DNA of 64,000 nucleotides from Utricularia gibba (GCA_002189035.1 CM007991.1:2976001-3040000), one strand, 5' to 3'; counted from the first letter of the stretch, positions 11,030-24,901 are shown. Notes: generated by a model not told the origin, from the letters alone. Numbers and translations: made by a program.

Positions 11030-12709
11030 TCAGTCCTTGGCTGGAATATCATCATTCCGGGGCTCCCCGGAATTCGGGTTGTTCATCGCAGGGTTCAGAT
11101 CGGGAAAGTTGCGATGGTTGAGGGAATGGAGCCAGAGGGCAACAGCTCCATCCTTTTGCTCCGCAGCAGCAATGTGAGAGTAAATGTGCTTCATTTTGAA
11201 GTCCTCGGCTTCTTCAGAGTAAGCTTTCATGGAGAGTTCCTCGTGGGTACTCTTCCATTTCTGATTGTATGATGAAAAGAAGCATTCGTCCAAGTACAAC
11301 CCCACTTCGGGTGCCATGGGTACGTTTATGCTCACCTTCCTGAAATGAATATCAATGTTAGGGATGAATTGGGTAAGCAGATAGAGAAGAGGGTGCCATG
11401 TTGCTTACTGCTGGAATGCGGTTTCTAGAAGTGATTCCGGGCAAAAGTTCCTCATGACTGCAACGGCGAGGCCAATCATCTTCCGGATTTGATGGAGCAT
11501 GAAGCTCTGCCCGACGACCTCGCACTTGACGAAGTCCATCCCATCAATGGTGACTACGGGTTCCGCAGTGAATGAGATGATGTACCGGACTGCAGATGGA
11601 TCTTCGGCTTTAGTTCTGGTTGTGAAGTTATGGAAGTTGTGTGTCCCTTGGTAATACCTCAGTATTCTGTTGAACCTTTCCTTGACATCGTCTCCATAGC
11701 GAAACTCGCTCCTTTTCTCCAGAGTAGAACCGTTTTCGTGCCCCAGATCATCTTCTTTCTGATTCTCAAGGACCTCAGAGGGGATTTCTAATGGCTTCTC
11801 AAGCTCACTGTAGGCATCAGGTTCTTCAAAATCCTTTTTTTCACTTCTAGAATTGGAATTCTTTGCTTCACCGTCTTCTAAGCAACTCGGGGTGGCAGTC
11901 CTTTCTACAGTGAATGCACTTTCACTGTTCGATGAAGCACCTGAAGGAACTTCAATACTGACATTTTCTTCTCCGCTTGTCTTTTCCAAAGTCGATTCAC
12001 TTCCGGTGATCGATGAAATAGCTGAGCCATTTTGGAGAGTCCCGCTCACAGACCTGGACTCCAATGGGCGCTTCCCCATGACGCCAAAGACCTTCCTCCC
12101 TCTTTCCGAACACTCTACGCACTTAACCAGCTCATTCTCCGATCCCACGCTAGCTAAAACACTTCCTCTATCACGATGGCACGACGGATCAAGCGCGAAG
12201 ACAGGGATCAAATAAACATACCTCCTCCGATCACAAAACTTCTTCGCATTGAACGTCGGTGTGACCCTCTTGTACCCAAATACCCGAATCTGCAACGCCA
12301 AATGAGAGTTCAAACGCTGAATGAACCCCGGCGGGTCAACATAAAACCGGCCAGATACCACCTGGCCGACCGCGCTTACACCCTTATCCGTTCTCGCCGA
12401 CCGAGCCCAATCGAATCGCCTGGGGAAACCCCTGTCCTCCTCTGGAACGGCACCGGAGTGATAAAGCGCCTCCTCAAGGTCGCCTTCGATTGTTTTTGCC
12501 CCTGGATTCTTTTGCATTCCTTGGTAGCCCACGCCACAGTAAGCGAAGAAAATCGCGATCTTGCGCCGCTTGTATCTAGGCTTCCATGGAATCAAGGCCC
12601 CGTTCTCTTGAGGCTCTTCGTCGTCGGAGGTGCTCATCTTTTGCCTTTTGGAATCGGGCTGTTCCTCTTGTGGCGGTGCAGAAGATGGTGGCGCTGGCAA
12701 ATCTGCCAT
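11030..12709 (-). CDS. tRNA pseudouridine synthase (TruA/PUS1 family)
   Basis: Exons 12709-11409 and 11339-11030. [17 protein letters not shown], catalytic [42 protein letters not shown]. Confidence 0.92.
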
Positions 12710-13963
12710 GGGGAAAATCCAGAGTTTTGTCCTGAGTTTCCCCTCTCAAAACAACCAAAACCCTAGAATTGGTTGATCCAGAAGCTGAGTTGTACGTTGT
12801 GCTGTCCTGATTTTCCGAAAATTTCCAATATTTCGGGAATATCACGTGCTATCCATGTGGGGCCACCCCAATATCCAGCCAACCCGCGATGACTTGTCAC
12901 TAACAAATTTATTCCCCCCTTTTTGAAATATATTATATTTAATATATTTTTTTTAAAAAAGGGGGTGCTTCCTGTACGGTCGCTACGCCATGTCGCCGCC
13001 GGCCATTTCTTCTTCCTCAATCAGCTCTGACGCCGTCCGTCCACCGGAGGTGGGTGTTTACAAAGCAAGAAACCCTAGCTGGAGTCTTCATCCCAAGCTC
13101 AACCAAGATGAGGAAATGATGGATACAGAAGAAGATGTCTGAGGGCTGAGATACGAATGAAATAGGCCTGTGAATTTCAAGACGCTTAACTACTACTGAA
13201 AGTAGAAAAAAAAGTGCTGAGAATCAATCATTCTCCCACCCCAGGCCGAATGCGAATGCGAATGCGATGTAGCATTAACAGCGTTTGTTGGGAGGTGGCT
13301 TTCGAGCAGTAAATATGAAAAGGGAGGTGTTCCATTCCAACCATCACAACCCCACTCTCTCATTATTCATTGTCTAACAAAAATGAATGTATCAGCTCCG
13401 TTTTGGTGAGAACCATGAGAGATACTGAGGCAGGACATAACTGGTTTGTCCATGTGGTTTAGGTAGTAGTGTAACTCAGAATCCATCTGATGTTGAATTT
13501 CGACATGAACAACCCCCGTTTCATCTGGAAAAATCAATCCTGGGCTTGTCGGATGTAATTCATGCCTTCAAATTGTAATGAGAAACTGTATATGGGAAGT
13601 TGCATCTGCGATTCAACCTAAAGGAATCACAAAGAGTAGGTATGAGTAATTCTTTTGAAGTTTCCACGGTGGTAAATGGTAGGTAATTCATTTGCATTTA
13701 ATTTCTGTTGCTGCCCTGGTGCACTGTTATTGTTATTATTATTGTTATTATTTGCTGTTGCAGTTGATAAATACCATACCATCTGTCTGTCCTTGCTGCC
13801 TGCAACTTCTAGTGCTCTCATCTTAATCTCCATGAGAGCACTTTTTCGCTCCTCCCCTTCCACTTCCAGCCCTCCCTCATCTTGCATGAGGAAGAAGTAG
13901 AAAGTAGCCAGCAGCCAGCCCCCCTCCCTTGCTGTGGGTAATTTTGATGGTTGGTTTCTCAAA

Positions 13964-14096
13964 GGGGTTTCTGCAGAGTTCATTGGCATTCTGTCCACCT
14001 CCTCCTGCTGGATTCAAGCTTCTTGTAAGCTTCCCTTTAGGGAGGAGGTGGGCATACTGCCAACTGATCCTTGTAAGTTCCCCTTTGCGAAACCCC
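13964..14096 (+). ncRNA. MIR394: MIR394 precursor hairpin
   Basis: Exact mature miR394 TTGGCATTCTGTCCACCTCC at 13983-14002; star arm AGGTGGGCATACTGCCAAC at 14046-14064; basal stem GGGGTTTC...GAAACCCC. Confidence 0.95.
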
Positions 14097-15546
14097 CTGA
14101 AAAGGCGTATCTTCTTCTAGGTTTTCCAATAAGAGACGAAGGGTTAAAAGGCAACAGAGCTGTTGCTGGTTTTCTTTCTTCTTCTTTTCAACCAAGCTGC
14201 ATTCCCTTTTCACTTCTGTAAGTATGATGGAAGTTGCAGGAGCATGGAGTCCTCGGGAGGCAGTTTAGGGTCTGAGTGGAGAAGAAAGGAAAAGCTTCAT
14301 TGAAAGCTCCAAAGAAGGAAGACAGCAAACTTACTAGGGCTTGCAGAGGAGAAAAGAGATGCTAAAGCTTCCCTTGCTCATCATTCACAATTCTGACACC
14401 TGCCTCATTGCTTCTGGTAATACCTTTACCATACACACATACCAATTGCCTGCTGCCTACCTTTTGCTCCTCTTCTCCTTTCAACTACCAAGTACCTAGT
14501 TGTGCTGTAACACACTCTCCTCAAACCAAAGAAGCACACAGTTCACTGATCACGCCATGATGCTTAAGCATGCAGCAGCATTAAGAGCAGGAGCTGGGGG
14601 GAGTGAAAGAATCAGGAGCAAAGTGAAAGCGGGGTGGGTGAAACACAAAATCACTGTCGGCATGGAGGGAGGATGGAGACCCTGAGAGGAGATTGGATGT
14701 GGTAGAAACTGGGGGAACTGGGAGCGGTAAAAAGAAGAAAAGAAAGTGTTCCATTATTATTGATGGCGTTCATGATGATACCCCCCACTTCGACGCTCGC
14801 CTTTCCCCCAGTCAAACGTTGCATGAATATTCATTGTCTTTTTCATCGCCCCACTGTCCGAATTCAAATTCTGAATATGATGAAATGAATACCTTGTTGT
14901 GTACCAGCCGACAACATGGGATAGCACATGGGAATCTCAACCACTCTAAATTTCCTTTCTTTAAATTATTATTACATCAAATTCTGAGTCCATCGCTGAA
15001 ACTAAGAACTGGCGTCACGGGTGTAAGAGATCAAACCTACGCAGGCTGAACGGAGAATGCCGGTGCCACGCCGCCAACCGCCATCCTCCTCCGCAAAAGG
15101 AATGTCACAGGAATCATGAAACTCGCCGGTAACTCCATGATGATGGATTTCTGCTTCTGCACAAATCCGGCCACATACCTATTATAACAAATAAGCTCAT
15201 ATGTTAAAATGAGATTAATATATAATAGATTATGAATCATATGTAATTGATTGAATCTAATTTTTTCTTATGATCTATATTTATTATGTATTTGAACTAA
15301 ACGTTTATTGTAATTTTTTATATCGAATCTTAAATTCAAACAATGACAATCTCGAAAACGCCTCCATGAGGCTAAGCCCTATCCCTGGAAAGGATACTCT
15401 ACAATTGGACTAAGGCATGAATACAGTTAATGGATAGATCCCCGACACGTGGCCCAATAGCAACCTATGGGCCGAAACAATTATGACCGCTTCCGGCCTA
15501 TTAAATTGCAGTTCACAAGCCCTAGAAGGAAACAAGGAATCAGGCT

Positions 15547-16430
15547 CTATATTTGTGTGACGGCATTCAGGAGAGAGACTCTGGTGTTGATCAAACTCCT
15601 CAGCGCCATGTCCACAGACGCTTGAACCTCCGTCATTCGGTCCTCCATTTCCAGCATTTTCTTCGACGCCATTTTTACCTCGTCGTCGGACCTCACGTTC
15701 ACCATCTCCAGATTCAGTTCGTTGAATTCCTTGATTCCTTGTTCGCGCATTGCATTCTTCTTCAGAATTTGCCGCAGGGGCTGTTTTTGGCTCCGGAACG
15801 CTGATGAATTACAGATCCCTTCGAATATGGTTTCCGAAGTTGATGCGGTTACCTTGATCACATCGTTTATAGCCTCAATCAGCTCCTCCGCGTATGAATT
15901 CGGCGTCCCTGGGGCGATGATATTCCTACGGGAGCGAGATTGGACCGAAGTCGGCCGATTTCCTTAGCGATTTTGTTCAGATTCTTGGAAGAAGCTGCGA
16001 TTCTCTTTGAATCGTCCTTTCGCCTTAGGGTAATTTGCGCGGCGCAGTGTTCCTCTTTCAGGCTGAGAAACAGGGACTGAAACGTGGAGTAAACGTCGAC
16101 GAACCGGAGAAACTCTTGCAGGAGCTTCTCGATCAAGCAAGCGCAGGCGCCGCCGCGGAGAGTCTCGCGCGTCTGAGTTAAATGAAGGAGATCGTCGAGC
16201 GAGTCATGGACAGCCTTGAGCTGGCTCAAGCCGTCGCATATCCATGCGGCGGATCTGGAACCGGATCCCCATGACACAAGGTCCGCGATTCCCTCCCTGA
16301 GCTGTGAAACAATAGGGCGCGAACAGCAAGGAAGGCTGGTGGATCTGACGTGGACACTTTTCCGGTGGTCCACTGTAGCCCTCGTCTGGCGATTAGGGAG
16401 TGAGAAGGATCGTCGGAAACCGCTCACCAT
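15547..16430 (-). CDS. DUF241 / BPS1-like protein, intronless (apparent 1-nt frameshift near 15912)
   Basis: HVRSTSLPC, GLSQLKAVHDSLDDLLHL, LLQEFLRFVDVYSTFQ, C-terminal LEMEDRMTEVQASVDMALRSLINTRVSLLN. The two ORFs join if one C is restored (SPPGTPNSYAEEL). Confidence 0.85.
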
Positions 16431-17158
16431 TCTTGAAGAGATCGATCGGTATCCTGTTGGTAGTTGATTCCGGAGTATGTATGATGTAACTGATCGTGGA
16501 ACCGATGAGATCACACATATATATATAGAGAGAGACAGATGGGCCGCACGAGGGGTGGAGGCCCACCGTGAGGTGTCCGTATGCGGGATGCATGGGTAAG
16601 AGGCCCGCAATGATAGGGCCGCACGTGGGGAGTCCCACAAACCCATCTGTCATAATGAGAGCACCTGCGTGGACGGCTGGGATGAGACCACGTCTGAGCT
16701 TACACACGTGGCGACCTCCGGTACCGTGAATATTTTTTAAAAAATGAATAAAAGGGAAATAAGAGTGATGGTCATTAATAAGGCCCCATGTTCATGATGC
16801 TGGCAGCTCATCTCCAGGTAGTCAACCAGCTCCGGTGGGCTCGAGTGGTGATTAGCATTCAATGTATGTCTCAGTGGCGCTGAGGTTAGCTACTGGTTTA
16901 GCAGCCGCAGCGTTCGCAGTGAGCCTACAGTAATGAACAATGTAATGAGTTCCTTCCCAACAGAGATCTATTCCGTTCTGTTTTCATGTTCAAAATGGGA
17001 TACACAGGACTGTATGGAAGATTTTGGATTTGGAACACAAGTGTGGCACCAAGAAGGGATTTATGGCAGGTAGAGATGAGCACTCCTCAGCCTCGGCTCC
17101 GCCCGGGTAGAGTGACATTGGTTTCTTAGGAGGGGAACTCTGGCTTAGGAGATGGCTC

Positions 17159-19665
17159 TCATCTTCGATATAGATAAGGTTTCACCGATTCCACGACCAC
17201 CTGCCCAGGAAGACGTTTTTGGTATCACTGTATGGAAGGTGCAAGGGGAAAAAGAACACATAACAGCAAGCGGAGAAGGGGGCGGCTGGCTTTCATTACT
17301 TACCCTGCCATCATATGACAATGATGCGAACATCCATGGTTCTCGCGAGCTCCAGGTAATTCCTGAGTAAAGTGTGCTGCTGGTTACAGTTGCCTCAAGA
17401 AGTGAGGGCAGGATGGGAAATGGAGGAAGGAAGAATTACCATAAACACTATCTTCATAATCATTGTAGGAGTTGAGCAAGGGTTCTGCTGGCCTAGTTTG
17501 CGAATCGATTCTGCATGTTGGCATACTCAGCAAATTGCTTGATCTAACACATGATTAAAAAAGAAAAGAAAAGCTAGTAGTGACCACCTGTCTGATGCGG
17601 AGTCACCGCTGCTTGGCAGAGCAAACCACAAATTTACAGCAGAGTCGGTTCCAGCACTCTACAAAAACGAGCATCAAAATATTAATGAGCTCTACAAATG
17701 CAAATCGAAGCTCTATAACATTCTCATACAAATAGCAGTGAGAGGATTACGCTTGAAAGGACTTACCAAAATCAGACCCTCGAATTCGGGATTGCATTTA
17801 ACAGTCCATGTCCTGCGGGAGGCATACACTTTCTGAAAATTCACTTATCAAGGAATAAAACTCAATGATCTTAAACTGCCTACCAGTGAAGATGCCCTGG
17901 AAGGTCGGAAACCGGAAATTTCAACTTTCTCAAGTCCCATATATGAATGCCAGAATCATCCTCAGCAGTTACCTGTGATATAACGAATTTTTCAACAAAA
18001 CAGATCATGTAGATGATGGGAGATTTTTGTTATTTTTTTATGAAAAGATAACTTATATCCAATTTGGGGACACACTCATTAAGCATCAACATCATTTCAA
18101 AAGCTGCGGTAGACAGTAAAATGTAGAAAAGAATGGAGACAGCGTAACACATACTGAAATTGACAGATATTGTTGCATCGGAGTATCCAGGAGTATTTAA
18201 ACCATCAAAGAAGAAATTAAAAAGAACAAAGAAACAATTCAATGAGAAATGAAATGCAGCAGCATTGCAGCATACTTACAAGCAAGTGTCTATTTTTCAT
18301 GTCGTAGTCCACATTGCGAGCATGTGCATGCAAAATTGAATCGGTTTTCCTGAAAAGATACATTGTGTTCGTGACAGATGCATATTCCAATATTGAGATA
18401 TCAATGATGCCTTAAAAAATAAGTCATCTCCCACACAAGGGAAGGTAATCCATTAAATAAAACATACTTCATTGTTCTCAAATCCCAAATCTGAACCGAT
18501 GAATCACATGTTAGTGCAACAGCATTTGTATCATGCGGATCCCACGCTCCTCCTGTTAAACAGTGGTGCATACCCACTGATTCATGTGACTGCAGCTGGA
18601 AGATTTCAAGCAAATATTGGAAAAAGAGGATGAGAGTCCATAACGTAAATTCAAAAGGAGGAGCAGAATCAGATGACGTGGTGATGGCAATATAAGATGC
18701 ATAAATATGGTGGTAAAGGCCCTTATGTTGGTAAATTATCATTACCTATACCTGAGCAGTCTTCTTTGAGGTATCCAAGCCCCAAACATATAAGCTCTGG
18801 TCATCGATGCTAACAAGCTTGTCGTGTCTTCCAGTAGGCCACCATAGAACGCTAAAAGGAAACACAGTACAATTTTACACATAATGACTTCAGAGAACAA
18901 CATCAGCAATTCAACATATAATCATGCGCACCATCTTATCTTGCGAGTGTGCCCATCCAGCGAAGCAACATTCTCTAGTTGTGGAGAATTCAGCTGTCCA
19001 TACAACTCAGGGATTTGCCAAACTGCTGCCCCATATGTTTCCCCTTCAAATAAGAATACGAAAAGGTAGCTTCAAATCCAACCAAATTATTGGGATAATT
19101 CATAAGAGACTCATTTGAAAGTTCTATTGATTTAGTTCCTTCCAAATCAGACCTAGCTACACCAAACCATAACAATAACCGAAGAAATAATATGATTTAA
19201 GCCTGCGTATCTGGAAAGAAAAGACTTCGCAAAATACCTGAAGAGAACACCGTGGAGAAAATCCGCTGATCGAACGGACAAGAGGCTAGATCCCATATTT
19301 CGTTGGGGTGCGGAAACAAACCCTCGCAAATCAGTTCAGTTGCATCTGAAGAAACCCTAATCAAATGCACCTGCAACACCGATAGTACTATATTACGGTC
19401 AACTAAATGGCCTAAATTAGGAGATGCAAAATGGAACTCCAGGCGACCTCGTTTTCGTCTCTAATGGAGAGAGTACCAGCAAGGAAAGATGTGTGATCCG
19501 TATCTGCCTTAACATCGGCAATGCATCTCGCCTGGCCAACCAAATCAAATTCAGATAACAAGCTCCATCCTAGCATAAACTTACCGTTCACGAATCAGTG
19601 CAGCCTGGAGAATCACCCACCTGGTACTTCAGACCATAGCCGATTCCCGACGATCCAATTTGCAT
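17159..19665 (-). CDS. DWA2: WD40 protein DWA2 / EIPR1(TSSC1)-like
   Basis: MQIGSSGIGYGLKYQ / ARCIADVKADTDHTSF / VHLIR...HPNEIWDLASCPFDQRIFSTVFSSG / GGAWDPHD / WSSREPWMFASLSYDGR / VVVESVKPYLYRR*. Multi-exon, canonical junctions where checked. Confidence 0.9.
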
Positions 19666-20104
19666 GCTTACTAGTGGCTGATTCCCGACGAATCGTACTG
19701 TAAACCTCAAGCACAGGCGTAGTTCAACGCCCCTGTCTCAAGAACTCAATCGTCTTCACTTTTTCATTTTCTTGGTGTTTCCATATTTATTGGTTTATAA
19801 ATATTATTAGTAAACCGTATAAAAAAATAAATAACCATTTATTATTTATTTTATTTTCTTTGAGCACCCACACAACAGACATCCCATCAGTTTCCGACAT
19901 GAAATGAAATATTCATCTTCTTCAATGGAAAGCCACTCCTCGTCTGCCGGAATTTCAGGTGAAGGTACCTCGTCTGTGTTGAATACGCACAGCCCAGCAG
20001 TCCCTCGCGCGTTTTCATTCTGGGTTCCATCATCCACAATCTTCATGTTGTGGGGCTATATGCAAAGGAAGATCATCAGGGAGTGGTCGCAGCGGCTTCT
20101 ACAT

Positions 20105-22877
20105 TCAGTCGGAAAACAGATCGTCCAACTCCAGCTCCTCGGTGGTTCCCTTTTTCTCCGGCAAAACGGCTGTGTCGTCTTCGTCTTCAGGCTCCGACCA
20201 CTCCATTTCATCGCTTGTGTTGTGATTGCCGCGATGCGTGGCCACGGAGTCTATGGTTGGAGAATGTCCACCACCGGACACTGTCTGAACTCCATCAGTC
20301 GTCTCTGATTTTGGATGGATATCCTGTTCACAAATGCAGGAAGCCGGGTTCTCGTGGAAGGCACCACGCCCTGGCTTCACCTCCATAGGCTCTCCCATAA
20401 ACCCCTTCTGAAATGTGGGCACAAGTGAGGCGAATGCTTCCCATGTCATGTTTTTCCGGTTTAGGAAGAGCTTGTAGAGTTTCTTGGCGTTGGGACGGAT
20501 AGTGGGCTTGTGACCGAAGTATCGCCTGCAGTAGCAACAGAGACAGAGCAGCACCTGATGAACCAGTGAATGGCATCACACCAAACAGAGATGCTGAACA
20601 TTTTACTACCTTCTTCCAGCCAAAATCCTTGCCATATTTCCGTTGTTATTTGTGACAAAGACATCGCTCTTATCGCAGACGACGAAGTCTAGAGCAGCCA
20701 TCCGGGAAGAGAAGGAAGAGAAAGGTTCCAGTTCCTCCTGCTCTGCAAGGGTATCCTTCGAATAGAAGTGAGGGAAGAGTGCCTTCAAAGGAGCTAGTGT
20801 CGCTTCCCCGCCATACACTTCTCCAGAAGCCACGTAAATGTGTGTATCCCTGTCGTATCCCAGTGCTCTCAGCAAGAGCCCCACTTCCTCTGGAGTAAGA
20901 GGGCACCTTCCTTGCCTTCTCTCCCTCTCAGGATTTGGATTCTGAGATTGAAATCGATGGAAATCATAAGAATCTAGGAAAAGAATGCGCAGTTCAGTGA
21001 TATCAAATACAGCTCCAATTCAAAAGCAGCATGCTTTGGGAAAACTGAACTCAAGGACCGCTAGCAATCCCAAAAAATGGCAAGGAGTCCTTGCTTCCAT
21101 CTTAAAGTTCATGCTTGCCATGTTTATGATGGTAAAAGTTCATTCTAAAGAGCATTGTTACTGGTAAATTACATGTAAAGTCTTCCATCTTCGCCGAATC
21201 TTAGCCAAGTCCCTCCTTTCTTGATCTCCTCCACCATAATAGCACCCTGAGAATGCAAGCATATCTGGTTCAAACCTGTGGGCAGCAGCCATGCAAAATA
21301 TTTGGTTCAGCAAACTATAAAGAACTCAATTCAGTGACTGGAAAAAGGCTAAACTTGGTCATCATCACACAGAAGAGGGAAGTTAATGGCCAGGGGACCA
21401 TTAGGATCACCTTAGATGAAGGGCTACATAATGGTTGCTCCTCATCCTCATCCTCTGGACCAATTTCGCGCCCATATCAAGAATGGGGTCAGTGAACTTT
21501 AGTGCATGATAGTTAACTCTACACCTAAGCTTCTGAAGATCTTCATCCAACCTATTTGAAAGCCTGTAGTCGAATTTCGTCAACTCAATAGCCTGTGCAA
21601 TGAATAACTCTCATTATGGCATGGAAAAGAACCAAGAAATTTGCAGCCTGTGTGTCACTAGCTGTAAATTACCAGACTTTCAACTCTTCCTGCGATGAAC
21701 TTGCAGGAACACCTTCACTTACATGCTTTTTTGCGAGTACAGGCACTAAACGGTTGATATAGCAGTTTTCATTGCACTTTCTTGGAACGCGCATCCTATA
21801 TGGAATCCATTCTTGGCCTCTTCTTTGTGGGAGATGTTTTATGACTTTGACATCGTTCTTCAGATGGGATATAAACCAATCAAGGTCAAAAATCTCTGAA
21901 AATTGGCTGCAAAAGCGAGCATATCAATGAAAAGAGAGTAACTACAAAGACACGAATTTGGAAAAGCATCTGATGCTCCCACCTCACGTCATTCCAATAT
22001 GACTTCTCATCCAGTTTTGGAATAACGAGGGTAGCATTCAATATGCGAGCAGCAACTACAGCGTCAATAATCTATACGGCAGGAAATATCAAGTGCGAAC
22101 TTTCAGCCACTCAGTATGACAAGAAACAATAGATTGTCCCTCAGTAATTCTCCTACTTCAAGTAGAATGAAAGAGAATACAGGTATATTACCCCAATTCT
22201 TTGCTGGTTCAAGCCACCGCTGGTTGCGATCGACAGGTAACGGTTAGGATTTGTCACAGCATCAGCTTCTGCCAGTCACAAAACAAGTAAATCCATCAGA
22301 GAAATTAATGAGGCAAAAAAAACAAGGGTGGAGGCTCGGCATCATCCATAGTTCAATAAAAAATGAATACAAACTTGCGAAAGTGCTACTGCTGTTGCTG
22401 CATCCGTGATAAAATCTTGCGTACTTGCTGCTCCAGAGATCACGATGATGCACCCTTTCAGCATTCTGGATCTCAACAGAATTAGCATGCTATTTAGAGA
22501 TTCAACCAAAACAACACGAAACTACAGAAGACAAGAAACCTAAGAAGAACACGAAAAAAGATCGTTTTTCCGAGGACACACCACCCCGGTAGTGCACATG
22601 AACACGTAACAATCTCATAAACCAAGCGCTAAATCGGGAGAAGTGCAAGGAATTATCGACCATAACATACCGTATGTCTGAGATTCAGAGGTTCTCGAAC
22701 GAGATGAACATGATCATCGACAAGAGGGGTAGGCGCAAGGAAGTAAAGGACACCGAATAGAAAGAGAATAACAGCCGAAGCCGCGGAAGTGCTATGAATA
22801 AGCCGGTAAGGGTTATAAGGACGCCTCCGCGAAAATCCTATACCGAAACGACGGCGAGCGGCGGGTGCAGACACCAT
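20105..22877 (-). CDS. O-fucosyltransferase family protein (GT106-like)
   Basis: N-terminal TM helix, DLWSSKYARFYHGCS, YLSIATSGGLNQQRIG, TPEEVGLLLRALGY...IYVASGEVYGG, RMAALDFVVCDKSDVFVTNNNGNMARILAGRRRYFGHKPTIRPN. Confidence 0.9.
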
Positions 22878-23760
22878 TTCAAGATAACCCTGATGGTGTC
22901 GTCCTCAAGAAATCAGAGTCAAACCAAAAACAGATTTTTTCCTTTCAAGCATTGTCCCTTTCCCCCCAGGGAGGGAAGAAACCATCCTTTTTGGAGCTTT
23001 ACGCTTGTCCCATTCTGAGAAACGACACCGCCCCCTGAAACAAAGGGTGGAGTTAGCACTCCCCTGAAAAAGAACAAATGAGGGAGGGACTGCAGGAGGA
23101 ACTCAGCAACGGGGAGTGCGTGTTACAAGGCTGTTAAATTGGAATAAGGTGAGGCTGGGACTGGCCGGAAATCACTGAAAAAAAAAAAAAAAAAGATTCC
23201 TCCCTTTGCCTCGATTCACAAGCAGCCCAAGATCCATGCTGACTGTTACAACCCGCGTAATTCCAGGCCATCATCTTCCCTTCCCTTCCCCTCCCCAACG
23301 TCATCCATAACTGTACCTTGCTTTTCCCTCCTGCTTATTCATATTCATTTATTCATTTTCAACGGAAGCACAAAGGCTACGAGCATATTTTTAATTACCT
23401 AATAAATCATGTTTGAATTTTTTTTATTTATTGCTTTCCTTTATTTTACACTTAAATATAATATTCTCATTTATTTCAACATGTGTTAATTTTATTCTGA
23501 AATTCAAGATTTTTTTTTTAATTTTTCATTTAAAAAATTGTATTATTATGTTAATAAAAAAGTATTTTTTGTGTATATTTTGGTGGAAATATGAAATAAG
23601 ACAATGGGGGTGGTGATGCAAGCTTACTAAGGATGTGTGAATTGGAAGGTGGATGGGTTGGCGAAACAGGGTCCGCACAATTGGCCAGTGCTGAAGCTGT
23701 CCGCTACTTGAGTTCAGATTAGGCGTTTCTCTGCATAAGATAAGAAACGAGAAGCCGGAG

Positions 23761-24300
23761 ATGTCACTCACCCCGACGCCGTCATTCCCCTGCATCAAGC
23801 TCGCCGCGGCGTCATCGCGTTTCTCTTCCTCCTCGGATTTCCGATTCACCGTCAGGAGTTCGCAAGCGGAGGGTCCTCTCAGAAGGCCTGTGGCTCCTAC
23901 GCCTGTAAAGCCGGTGCCACCGACTACTACTACTACTACTAGTCCGCAGCCATCCAAACCGGCGGCGGCTGAGGAGCAAAAGAATGTGATAACACTCGAG
24001 TTTCAGAGGGCGAAGGCGAAGGAGCTCCAGGAATACTTCAGGCAGAAGAAGCTGGAGGAGGCGGATCAAGGACCGCTCCTTGGATTCATCCCCAAAAATG
24101 AAATCTCCAATGGCAGGTAAAACAAATCAATTTCACGAACCCTAGCCTTCGTTCTCTTCAAATCCATCCTTCTACTGGTCACCAGATGGGCGATGTTTGG
24201 ATTCGCCGTGGGATTGCTGACGGAGTACGCGACGGGCGCCGATTTCGTGGATCAAGTCAAGATTCTCCTCTCCAATTTTGGGATCCTGGATCTCGAATGA
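23761..24300 (+). CDS. OHP2: One-helix protein 2 (LHC-like, chloroplast)
   Basis: Exons 23761-24116 and 24186-24300. ITLEFQRAKAKELQEYF...NEISNGRWAMFGFAVGLLTEYATGADFVDQVKILLSNFGILDLE*. Confidence 0.95.
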
Positions 24301-24901
24301 GGGATCAAAAGTCCGAATCGCTGTTCCTCTTCTCGAAATGGGCGGATGTATACTTGGGCTTCAATTTTCTTTCTTGTTTGGACCGTACCTTAATGGGCTT
24401 TATACAATATTCCCGTACCGGGTCAACCCGAATTTGTCGGATCCGATTCAAACCCAACTGTACGGCCAAATGATAAGAAAAACCTAATTCGACTTTAAAA
24501 TAAAGCTTTTTTATTACAAATTTGTACATAGCTTCGGATTTATAATATTTTTTTAAAAAATATTAAATTTAGATAATTATTTTTATTTTTCGTAATATTT
24601 TAAAAAATTTCAATTCAAAACCATGACTAATTAATAAATCAAAAAATGTTGAACCTAATTTTAAAATAATGTCTCACAAAATCTAGTTTTTTATTTTAAA
24701 AATATTTTTCGGATTATTTAAATTTGAAAATGCCTTTATAAAATACTCAGCATTTTGTTATTCCTGGTTAGTTCTTATAGTCGAGGAGTGAGGGTGGCGA
24801 CACTCAAGACTGCAGCAGCTCAGCTGAAGTGTTTTTAGCTTCAAAATCTTGTGCAGGTTTGGAACGTCATTTGATAGATTCCTTCCCTGTTGCGCTGCGC
24901 C

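Noticed and set aside
13811-13842. Short inverted repeat AGTGCTCTCAT...ATGAGAGCACT resembling miR157
   Set aside because: The stem is only 11 bp and differs from miR156/157 at too many positions.
13627-13998. 123-aa minus-strand ORF with poly-Asn
   Set aside because: It is antisense to the MIR394 hairpin, and the poly-N comes from an (AAT)n tract.
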